IMG/VR virus record: IMGVR_UViG_3300030106_002217
Span: 57,652-77,651 of that record
Source: an uncultured virus (IMG/VR IMGVR_UViG_3300030106_002217)
Lineage: Duplodnaviria > Heunggongvirae > Uroviricota > Caudoviricetes
Length of the DNA: 20,000 nt
Strand: one strand, 5' to 3'
Shown: one piece after another, positions 1 through 6,053 of the stretch
How the letters are laid out: each line of letters opens with the position of its first letter
How positions within the stretch are numbered: the first letter of the stretch is position 1
Made by a program: the position numbers and the translations under genes
The notes under the pieces: generated by a model
The model's database searches: none
Told to the model about the DNA's origin: nothing
The model's input: only the letters and a program-made list of their open reading frames with translations

Positions 1-10
1 TTAATAATGG

Positions 11-511
11 TCATTTTTTCCCTCTTTCGTTAAATATTTTAGATATTTTTTTATTAACTTTTTCTTCAACTGCTTTGATGTAATCGCTTTCAGTAAAACC
101 CTTAACTCCCCAATCTGAATAATCCATATAATTTGAACCATCTTTTGGAACAATTTCAAAACCAGTTTGTCCATGATAGATTTCAACTTTGCCAACCCAT
201 CTAATTTTACTCTCAACTTCTTCTAAACTGCTTTTAACTGCAACACTTTCGCCCTCTGCATCTGTGCCTAAAACTAAAGCCTTGCCCATCAAAGGTGCAA
301 CATGTCCATTATCATATGTAAATTCAAAGCAATAATTTTCTTTTGTTAATAAGCCTTCGTCATCAACATATAATGTGTCTTCATTTCTAAAACCATAAAC
401 TGCATCAAACCCCCTTTGCGAATTTATGAGTTTATTAATGGTTTGATAATCTCCGTTGTAATCAACAACGGAAACTATTTTGTTTATTGGGTCTATTAAA
501 TATGCTTTCAT
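11..511 (-). CDS. DUF3846-like phage protein
   Basis: MKAYLIDP...LYVDDEGLL...LMGKALVLGTDAEGES matches my recollection of DUF3846. ATG at 511 has AAAGGGAG upstream and an ATGA overlap with the upstream ORF, so it is preferred over the GTG at 541. Confidence 0.7.
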   Translation of the reverse strand: MKAYLIDPINKIVSVVDYNGDYQTINKLINSQRGFDAVYGFRNEDTLYVDDEGLLTKENYCFEFTYDNGHVAPLMGKALVLGTDAEGESVAVKSSLEEVESKIRWVGKVEIYHGQTGFEIVPKDGSNYMDYSDWGVKGFTESDYIKAVEEKVNKKISKIFNERGKK

Positions 512-672
512 GCTCTGCTCCCTTTTTTTAATTGTTCCCACTTATGCTTTTTAATAATGCTTAAAATCTCGTCTTTGTTTGAACATTCTTTATTTAAAAA
601 CATTCCAACAATAGCATCACTAGACAAGCCATTTTTGACTTGTCTAATAATTGCGTTTTTCTTCTTAGGCAT
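508..672 (-). CDS. hypothetical protein, 54 aa (MPKKKNAIIRQVKNGLSSDAIVGMFLNKECSNKDEILSIIKKHKWEQLKKGSRA)
   Basis: Read by hand; not in the ORF track. GGAGGGG SD before ATG 672; fills the gap and overlaps both neighbours. Confidence 0.7.
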   Translation of the reverse strand: MPKKKNAIIRQVKNGLSSDAIVGMFLNKECSNKDEILSIIKKHKWEQLKKGSRA

Positions 673-952
673 ATTCCCCTCCAAATTCTATAACCTCTCT
701 TTTTTTGCAGTTCGGTATTTTAATAAATTTAATTGGTAAATCTGAAAATGCCCAAACCCTACCTTGAAAGATTAATTTATTCTCTCTTAAAAATTTTATA
801 GCTTCATGCTTAAATTGGTCTCCGTATCCGTATTGATAAGGCAATCTATAAACCTTGCTATCCTTGGTGCTTTCAATCTGTGCAGAAAAATAACTATTTC
901 CGTAAGTTTTGTCTCTCCACTCTTTAGCAGTTACAATAATATCTATTGCCAT
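665..952 (-). CDS. hypothetical phage protein, 95 aa
   Basis: ORF with AAGGGGG SD; WRDKTYGNSYFS and PYQYGYGDQF look like conserved phage motifs; sits in an operon. Confidence 0.8.
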   Translation of the reverse strand: MAIDIIVTAKEWRDKTYGNSYFSAQIESTKDSKVYRLPYQYGYGDQFKHEAIKFLRENKLIFQGRVWAFSDLPIKFIKIPNCKKREVIEFGGEYA

Positions 953-1065
953 TTTTTCCCCCTTACATATTCTTTTGTTTCTTCTTGCTCTTCAACAATG
1001 ATTTGTAAAACATACAAACCACTTAAAAACCATTCTTGGTTTTTTAAATATTCTTGCTCTTTCAT
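943..1065 (-). CDS. hypothetical protein, 40 aa (MKEQEYLKNQEWFLSGLYVLQIIVEEQEETKEYVRGKKWQ)
   Basis: Read by hand. AGAAAGGT SD, first ORF after a putative promoter, overlaps the next gene. Confidence 0.55.
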   Translation of the reverse strand: MKEQEYLKNQEWFLSGLYVLQIIVEEQEETKEYVRGKKWQ

Positions 1066-1091
1066 TTTATAACCTTTCTGTTAAAATTAAA

Positions 1092-1120
1092 TTAAGCCTT
1101 AATTATTTATCCCATATAAT
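1092..1120 (+). promoter_or_regulatory. possible divergent promoter for the nuclease gene
   Basis: TTAAGC, 17 nt, TATAAT (1115-1120). ATATAATCTTATA (1114-1126) is identical to the -10 region of the minus-strand promoter at 3347-3359. Confidence 0.4.
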
Positions 1121-1134
1121 CTTATAAAGGTCAA
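1106..1134 (-). promoter_or_regulatory. putative sigma70 promoter of the leftmost operon
   Basis: TTGACC (1134-1129), 17 nt, GATAAA (weak -10); TATAAGA and TATGGGA repeats 10 bp apart in and next to the spacer. Confidence 0.5.
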
Positions 1135-1142
1135 GCGATAAA

Positions 1143-1559
1143 ATGAAAGAAAAACAATTTTTTTTGAATATAAAAAAGCAGTTACCACCAAATACTTTTA
1201 TACAAAAAATTGAAAATAAATTTAATAGTGGTTTTACTGATGTAATAATAATTAATAAAAAACTACCATTATTTATTGAGTTAAAATCGCCAACAAAAGG
1301 AAACAAATTTAAGGTTGAATTGTCCCAAATATCAACGCATTTGAGGATACAAGCCAATAATTATGTTTCTTTTTTCTTGGTTCGACACCCTTCAACCTCG
1401 CTTCTATATTTGTTTGAAGGTGGTTTGCTCTGCAAGTTTCTTGCGTCCCAACCTTGCAACCCTTCTCTGTCCCCCCAGACCGAAGGATTTTTGGTGCGTG
1501 GTGCGTTGAACATAGTCCTGGCACTTGCAAATCAAAGAGTGGAACAGTTGCAGAAATAA
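1143..1559 (+). CDS. PD-(D/E)XK nuclease, Holliday-junction resolvase / VRR-NUC-like
   Basis: N-terminal E helix (MKEKQF), IEN...GFTD...FIELK catalytic pattern, later SQ...H helix; 138 aa. Confidence 0.7.
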   Translation: MKEKQFFLNIKKQLPPNTFIQKIENKFNSGFTDVIIINKKLPLFIELKSPTKGNKFKVELSQISTHLRIQANNYVSFFLVRHPSTSLLYLFEGGLLCKFLASQPCNPSLSPQTEGFLVRGALNIVLALANQRVEQLQK

Positions 1560-1590
1560 CGAAGTGATTGCTCTGCAAATTTCTGCAACT
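1546..1590 (+). repeat. branched hairpin element, copy 1
   Basis: AGTTGCAGAAAT / ATTTCTGCAACT perfect 12-bp stem enclosing AACGAAGTGA and TTGC-TCT-GCAA. Confidence 0.85.
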
Positions 1591-1634
1591 TTTACCACGG
1601 AAGGCATCTGCGATTTTAAAAAAAATTTCTTGAC

Positions 1635-1677
1635 ATCGCAAAGGAAACGAAGTGGTTGCATTGCAATCCTTTGCGAT
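1635..1677 (+). repeat. branched hairpin element, copy 2
   Basis: ATCGCAAAGGA / TCCTTTGCGAT perfect 11-bp stem enclosing AACGAAGTGG and TTGC-ATT-GCAA. Confidence 0.85.
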
Positions 1678-1726
1678 TTTTGCCTTCAGACACGCACAAC
1701 GCAAAAAAATCCAGAGCTGCTGCACC

Positions 1727-1752
1727 AAAAAAAAGAGAGCCGAAGCTCTCTT
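1727..1752 (-). terminator. intrinsic terminator
   Basis: Minus strand AAGAGAGC-TTCG-GCTCTCTT running into a T8 tract, 20 nt after the stop of 1773-2213; cUUCGg tetraloop. Confidence 0.85.
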
Positions 1753-1772
1753 GATTTTGGTTCTCCTCCTTT

Positions 1773-2213
1773 CTACCATGAAGCACGATAATGAACACCT
1801 CTTGGCTCGATATATAAATCGTATTTCTGTTGCATCTCCAGACCTTCCTTCAAGAACTCAATAGCTTTTTCAAAACAACTAATCGCATAGTTTTTTTCTG
1901 GCTCGTTGTAATAACCGAACTCGGTTGAGTTCCCAAAGAAGAAGCCAGAGTGGTCAAGTTTTAAATTATCGTTGCGAATGGCATCAATAATTTCTTCTAA
2001 GTCTTTTTGTGTTAACTGAATTTCCTGGCAGTTATCTTCACCCTTTGCGAACTTATCAACAATAAAGCCGTGAAGGTCGGCGTGCTTACGCCAATAACCA
2101 AGGTCAACTTTATAATCTGAAATGGCATATTTGCCATCTAACTTCGGTTGAGGAAGTTCCTCGTGATAAGGTGAGTTATATTGCTCACCTCTTAAATACA
2201 TATCTAAACCCAT
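1773..2213 (-). CDS. conserved phage hypothetical protein (MGLDMY...YWRK...GFFFG...YRASW family)
   Basis: Recognisable widespread phage family of unknown function; AAAGGAG SD; has its own promoter and terminator. Confidence 0.85.
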   Translation of the reverse strand: MGLDMYLRGEQYNSPYHEELPQPKLDGKYAISDYKVDLGYWRKHADLHGFIVDKFAKGEDNCQEIQLTQKDLEEIIDAIRNDNLKLDHSGFFFGNSTEFGYYNEPEKNYAISCFEKAIEFLKEGLEMQQKYDLYIEPRGVHYRASW

Positions 2214-2249
2214 AATTTTTCTCCTTTCATTTTAAAATTATGCTCTTCC

Positions 2250-2278
2250 ATTATATCCCATGCAGTCCCATAATGCAA
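2250..2278 (-). promoter_or_regulatory. sigma70 promoter
   Basis: TTGCAT, 17 nt (TATGGGACTGCATGGGA), TATAAT; 36 nt upstream of ATG 2213. Confidence 0.8.
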
Positions 2279-2328
2279 CCAAAACATTTCACGAAGCGTG
2301 AACTGCAACTCGAAAAAAAATTCTTGAC

Positions 2329-2380
2329 ATCGCAAAGGAAACGAAACGAAGTGAAGTGGTCGCTTGCGATCCTTTGCGAT
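2329..2380 (+). repeat. branched hairpin element, copy 3
   Basis: Same 11-bp stem as copy 2; loop AACGA-AACGAAGTG-AAGTGG and TCGC-TT-GCGA. Confidence 0.85.
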
Positions 2381-2406
2381 TTTTGTCTGCAAGCCTTCGC
2401 CAGAAG

Positions 2407-2434
2407 AAAAAAAAGAGAGTGCCGAAGCACCCTC
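2407..2434 (-). terminator. intrinsic terminator
   Basis: Minus strand GAGGGTGC-TTCG-GCACTCTC then T8. The G-U pair works only on the minus-strand RNA. Follows the stop at 2459. Confidence 0.85.
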
Positions 2435-2458
2435 CTTCTCTTTCCGTGGTCGTGGAAA

Positions 2459-2749
2459 CTATATATAATCTGCAAAGGGATCACGACCAGTTATCTCCTT
2501 CTCTGCTTTTAATGATAGCTTTGGATCATATGGCTCGACATATATGTTTGCCTTTACACAACCATAGTAATCGACATAGTATGATGAACCTCTTTCGAAC
2601 TTACCACCAAACAATCTTTCCCATTCCTTTTTCGCTTTGCGAATGTCTCTGGTTTTGAATTGCTTTCCTCTGCCAATACTATCGACAGTTTCTGTATCAA
2701 TAACATATTTAAAATTATAATCGAATGATTGTTTTTTCTTACCCATCAT
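2459..2749 (-). CDS. hypothetical protein, about 96 aa
   Basis: ORF with GAGGAG SD, overlapping the upstream gene and followed by a terminator. Confidence 0.75.
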   Translation of the reverse strand: MMGKKKQSFDYNFKYVIDTETVDSIGRGKQFKTRDIRKAKKEWERLFGGKFERGSSYYVDYYGCVKANIYVEPYDPKLSLKAEKEITGRDPFADYI

Positions 2750-2948
2750 AATGCTCCTCTAAAAAGTCCTTCATTACTTTGGTTGATGATGTGTAAAGAG
2801 AACCATTCTCGTAATACACATTCTCGTTAATAAAGTGTGCAAGATGACCACCACAAATATTGCCCTCATTGTAAGCCTTAAGAATAAACTCGGCAAGATC
2901 AATATCTTCTAAATCATCCCACTCTTTGCTTTGCGAATCTACTGTCAT
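2739..2948 (-). CDS. small acidic hypothetical protein, 69 aa
   Basis: AGAAAGGA SD; 15 D/E versus 4 K. Confidence 0.75.
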   Translation of the reverse strand: MTVDSQSKEWDDLEDIDLAEFILKAYNEGNICGGHLAHFINENVYYENGSLYTSSTKVMKDFLEEHYDG

Positions 2949-2962
2949 TTTATTTCCTTTCT

Positions 2963-2994
2963 AAAAAAATAGTGAGGACATTTCTGTCCCCACT
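2963..2994 (-). terminator. intrinsic terminator or attenuating hairpin
   Basis: Minus strand AGTGGGGACA-GAAA-TGTCCTCACT then ATTTTTTT; GNRA loop, one G-U pair; immediately after the stop at 3001. Confidence 0.75.
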
Positions 2995-3000
2995 TCCCAA

Positions 3001-3327
3001 CTATTCGTTGGATGCTTTTGGTGTTGGATTCTCAAGGTTGTAAACCTTTGTCTTGAGTTCAACGATTTGCTCTTGCAAACCCTTGACTACTGACTTCTTG
3101 TAAACGGCAGAATCATCACCGATAATCTTGGAAACTATTGTATCCACGACCACTTGTGCGATTGCAGTTTCATCTAAGTTTTCAACTTGAGATCTGATAT
3201 CATCGACATCATTACGAAGATCTTGAACCACATAAGAGTTGTCAACACACTCGTTGACTTTCTCGTCAATGACTTCTTCGATCTTGTCCGTAATAAAAGA
3301 TTCGATAGTTTCGCCAATATCACTCAT
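3001..3327 (-). CDS. acidic, probably coiled-coil hypothetical protein, 108 aa
   Basis: Strong SD AAAGGAGGTGA before ATG 3327 (preferred over 3345); heptad-like pattern. Confidence 0.8.
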   Translation of the reverse strand: MSDIGETIESFITDKIEEVIDEKVNECVDNSYVVQDLRNDVDDIRSQVENLDETAIAQVVVDTIVSKIIGDDSAVYKKSVVKGLQEQIVELKTKVYNLENPTPKASNE

Positions 3328-3350
3328 ATTATCACCTCCTTTCATCTATA

Positions 3351-3379
3351 AGATTATATCAAAATAATCCCAGAGTCAA
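3351..3379 (-). promoter_or_regulatory. sigma70 promoter
   Basis: TTGACT, 17 nt, TAATCT (an overlapping TATAAT lies at 15-nt spacing); TGGGA in the spacer. Confidence 0.65.
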
Positions 3380-3469
3380 GCATATTGCCTACAATATTTT
3401 TTGATACTAGATATCAGTTTTTATGATGCTCGGTCTGTCTGTCCTTGCAACCCAAAAAATCACTCTTGG

Positions 3470-3632
3470 AAAAAGAATCTAGATTCGCAGAAATTTTCTC
3501 AAAGAAAATTTAGATTCACAAGCTAGAATAAAATAACAATAAAAATAACTAAAATTTTTATTTTATTCTAGATTGGGAAGCGTAATCTATCGACCACTTG
3601 GGAGATAGATTCTGCGAATCTAGATTCTTTTT
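3470..3632. repeat. nested inverted-repeat (four-way junction) element
   Basis: Perfect 23-bp outer IR (3470-3492 / 3610-3632) enclosing three hairpins: 3491-3511, 3523-3571, 3584-3611. Confidence 0.9.
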
Positions 3633-3678
3633 TAGGGGTTACTTACTACAAAACTACACGACAAACAAAAACAAGAGA

Positions 3679-3701
3679 GGGGGGAGGGGTAGAATGGGGG
3701 G
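3679..3701 (+). other. G-tract cluster
   Basis: GGGGGG-A-GGGG-TAGAAT-GGGGGG in AT-rich intergenic DNA just upstream of terL. Confidence 0.7.
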
Positions 3702-3734
3702 TACAAACATACACATAGTCATACATATGCAGGG

Positions 3735-3763
3735 TTGATAAATTCATTTGGATATATTATCGT
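3735..3763 (+). promoter_or_regulatory. putative promoter of the morphogenesis operon
   Basis: TTGATA, 17 nt, TATCGT ending 6 nt before the terL ATG. Confidence 0.5.
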
Positions 3764-3769
3764 TGGGAC

Positions 3770-5248
3770 ATGTCACTAGATGCGTTACCCAAAGAGGTGT
3801 TACAAGAAGTATTTCTGCTAGAACAACAGAAAAACAAACTGGACACCCGTGAAAAAGCACAAGAAAATTTTTTGGATTATGCCCAACATGTATATGAAGG
3901 TTTTATCGTTGGGCGACATCATAAAATTATTGCAGAAAAATTGGAGCTAATCGCACAAGGCAAACTTAAGAGACTGATTGTAAACATGCCACCAAGACAC
4001 TCGAAGTCAGAGATGGCATCTTATCTCATGCCCTCGTGGTTCTTGGGACGTAATCCAAAACTCAAGATTATCCAAGCCACGATGAATACAGAGCTTGCCG
4101 TAAGGTTTGGTCGTAAGGTCAGAGACTTGATTGCCGATCCAGTGTACACGGAAGTTTTTCCAGAAACCGATTTGAAGCAAGACAGTCAAGCAGCGGGTCG
4201 TTGGGAGACAAGTGCTGGTGGCGAGTATTTTGCAGCTGGCGTTGGTGCGGCAATGACTGGTCGTGGTGCAGACTTGTTGATTATTGATGACCCACACTCG
4301 GAACAAGATGCACTGTCCTCGGTTGCTTATGATAATACATACGAGTGGTACACATCGGGTCCGAGACAGAGATTACAACCTGGGGGAACCATCATCATTG
4401 TGCAAACAAGATGGTCAAAGAAAGACCTCACGGGCAGATTAGTCCAGGCTATGGCGAAGGATACCATGTCTGATCAATGGGATATTGTAGAGTTCCCAGC
4501 GATTCTACCGAATGATAAAATTTTGTGGCCCGAGTTTTGGAACAAGGACGAGTTGTTAAAAGTCAAAGCGTCATTGTCACCTATGAAATGGAACGCCCAG
4601 TGGCAACAGAATCCGACATCTGAAGAAACGGCAATGATCAAAAGGGAGTGGTGGACTCCGTGGGAAGAGAAAGAAGTGCCGAAGTTAGATTATATTTTGC
4701 AGTCATATGACACGGCATACAGTAAAAAGGAGACAGCAGACTATTCTGCAATTACAACTTGGGGTGTATTTGAGCCAAAAGTCAACGGACAACAGCATTT
4801 AATTATGCTTGATGCGAAGAAAGGGCGCTGGAGTTTTCCAGAGTTGAAGGAGATTGCGATAGAAGAAAACGAATATTGGGAACCAGATATGATGCTTATC
4901 GAGGCAAAAGCCAGTGGTCAACCCTTGGCAGATGAACTGAGAATGATGAATTTACCAGTTTTGACTTTCAGTCCAGGCAGACGCAAAGGGGGTAACTTAG
5001 ACAAAACGACAAGAATGCACATTGTTTCTCCTATTTTCGAATCTGGAAAAGTGTGGTATCCTAGTGGAGAGAAGTTTGCAGAAGATGTAATAGAAGAAGT
5101 TGCATCTTTTCCAAATGGCGATCATGATGACTATTGTGATAGTATGACAATGGCAGTTATGAGATTTAGACAAGGTGGGTTTATCTCACTGGATGGCGAA
5201 GACGAAGGAGAGGACTGGTTTCCTCGATCAAAAAGGGAGTATTACTAA
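3770..5248 (+). CDS. terL: terminase large subunit
   Basis: Walker A-like NMPPRHSKS, Walker B LLIIDDP, coupling motif VQTRW, RNase H-like nuclease residues SYDTA, DYSA, IEAKASG, HDDYCDS. Confidence 0.97.
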   Translation: MSLDALPKEVLQEVFLLEQQKNKLDTREKAQENFLDYAQHVYEGFIVGRHHKIIAEKLELIAQGKLKRLIVNMPPRHSKSEMASYLMPSWFLGRNPKLKIIQATMNTELAVRFGRKVRDLIADPVYTEVFPETDLKQDSQAAGRWETSAGGEYFAAGVGAAMTGRGADLLIIDDPHSEQDALSSVAYDNTYEWYTSGPRQRLQPGGTIIIVQTRWSKKDLTGRLVQAMAKDTMSDQWDIVEFPAILPNDKILWPEFWNKDELLKVKASLSPMKWNAQWQQNPTSEETAMIKREWWTPWEEKEVPKLDYILQSYDTAYSKKETADYSAITTWGVFEPKVNGQQHLIMLDAKKGRWSFPELKEIAIEENEYWEPDMMLIEAKASGQPLADELRMMNLPVLTFSPGRRKGGNLDKTTRMHIVSPIFESGKVWYPSGEKFAEDVIEEVASFPNGDHDDYCDSMTMAVMRFRQGGFISLDGEDEGEDWFPRSKREYY

Positions 5249-5598
5249 TGCCAAAGAAACTTAAAAAAGGATCAGACATAATGGATTTTGACAGTATGTT
5301 AAATTCACAACTCGGTAAGATGATGGGTCTTACAGAAAAAGATAGACCAAAATTCGAAAAAAGAAAAAAGATAAAGCCTAAAGTCAAAAAGCCAAAGAAA
5401 ATGAGCAATGGCGGTAGTAATAAAATGATAAACGAGCCAGAATTTAAAGACTTAAGAAAAGCGTTGAGAAAAGTAGAGATAGGATTAACAAACATTCCGA
5501 AAAGTCAACGCGGTAAAGGAATGGGTAAAAAAATACGAAACATGAGAAAAAATCCTATGATGAAAAATCGTGGGGGAACATTTAAGGGGACGTATTAA
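5248..5598 (+). CDS. small basic protein ending KNRGGTFKGTY
   Basis: TAATG coupling at both ends; K/R/M-rich. Confidence 0.8.
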   Translation: MPKKLKKGSDIMDFDSMLNSQLGKMMGLTEKDRPKFEKRKKIKPKVKKPKKMSNGGSNKMINEPEFKDLRKALRKVEIGLTNIPKSQRGKGMGKKIRNMRKNPMMKNRGGTFKGTY

Positions 5599-6053
5599 TG
5601 CCAAAAAAAGGTGAGTCTCCGTACAAAAGAACAATGGGTTTGGATGTCCCACATCCTTTTGCCAAAGAAATTGAGAAGAAAAAGCCTAAAGGTAAACCTA
5701 GAGGCAACCCAAAAGGTAGACCAAAAGGAGCTAAAAACAAAACAAAGCCACCTAGAAAAATTGTATTACCTACTGGTAGAGCGATGGATGAGGCTATTAC
5801 AAAAATCCAACAGCAGTTGTTAATAGAAAAAGATAAACTTAAAAAAAGCAACGGAGGCACTATGAATAAGCAGTCCCAATTAGGTGCTAGAATTATGTAC
5901 ACTATTGATCGTATAAATAGAGATAAGAGTCTTTCAAAACCACAGAAAAGAGAGATATTAAAAAAAGGATTGAAGGGCATACGCAGAATTAAAAATATGA
6001 ATATGGGTGGTGTTATGAAAAACCGTGGTGGAACTTTTAAAGGAGTGTTTTAA
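5598..6053 (+). CDS. basic protein with GNPKGRPKGAKNK motif, ending KNRGGTFKGVF
   Basis: TAATG coupling; shares its C-terminus with the previous gene. Confidence 0.8.
   Translation: MPKKGESPYKRTMGLDVPHPFAKEIEKKKPKGKPRGNPKGRPKGAKNKTKPPRKIVLPTGRAMDEAITKIQQQLLIEKDKLKKSNGGTMNKQSQLGARIMYTIDRINRDKSLSKPQKREILKKGLKGIRRIKNMNMGGVMKNRGGTFKGVF

Noticed and set aside
1..216. 71-aa minus-strand ORF in the track
   Set aside because: Overlaps 11-511 out of frame; the next real gene more likely starts at ATG 14 (ATGA overlap) and runs off the window.
1773..2213. Enzyme label (phosphoglycerate kinase) that I recall being attached to this family
   Set aside because: Far too short and lacks PGK motifs; treated as hypothetical.
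1546..2380. Repeats as a CRISPR array or integron attC sites
   Set aside because: Irregular spacing, non-identical repeats, no cas or integrase gene in the window, and no RYYYAAC/GTTRRRY ends.
1309..2658. Overlapping ORFs across the repeat regions (1309-1779, 1404-1661, 1525-1791, 2204-2392, 2240-2512 and others), some with similar translations
   Set aside because: The similarity comes from the DNA repeats; they cross terminators and promoters and lack SD sites.
3382..3416. Two short palindromic hairpins (ATATTG/CAATAT, TGATA/TATCA) upstream of the 3379 promoter
   Set aside because: 5-6 bp AT-rich stems are expected by chance.
1453..3453. CCTTGCAACCC shared between the nuclease gene (1453-1463) and the intergenic region (3443-3453)
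   Set aside because: A single 11-mer match could be chance; no further context is shared.
3470..3632. Cloverleaf as a tRNA or a MITE
   Set aside because: Too long, no D/T-loop consensus or CCA; no evident target-site duplication or second copy in the window.
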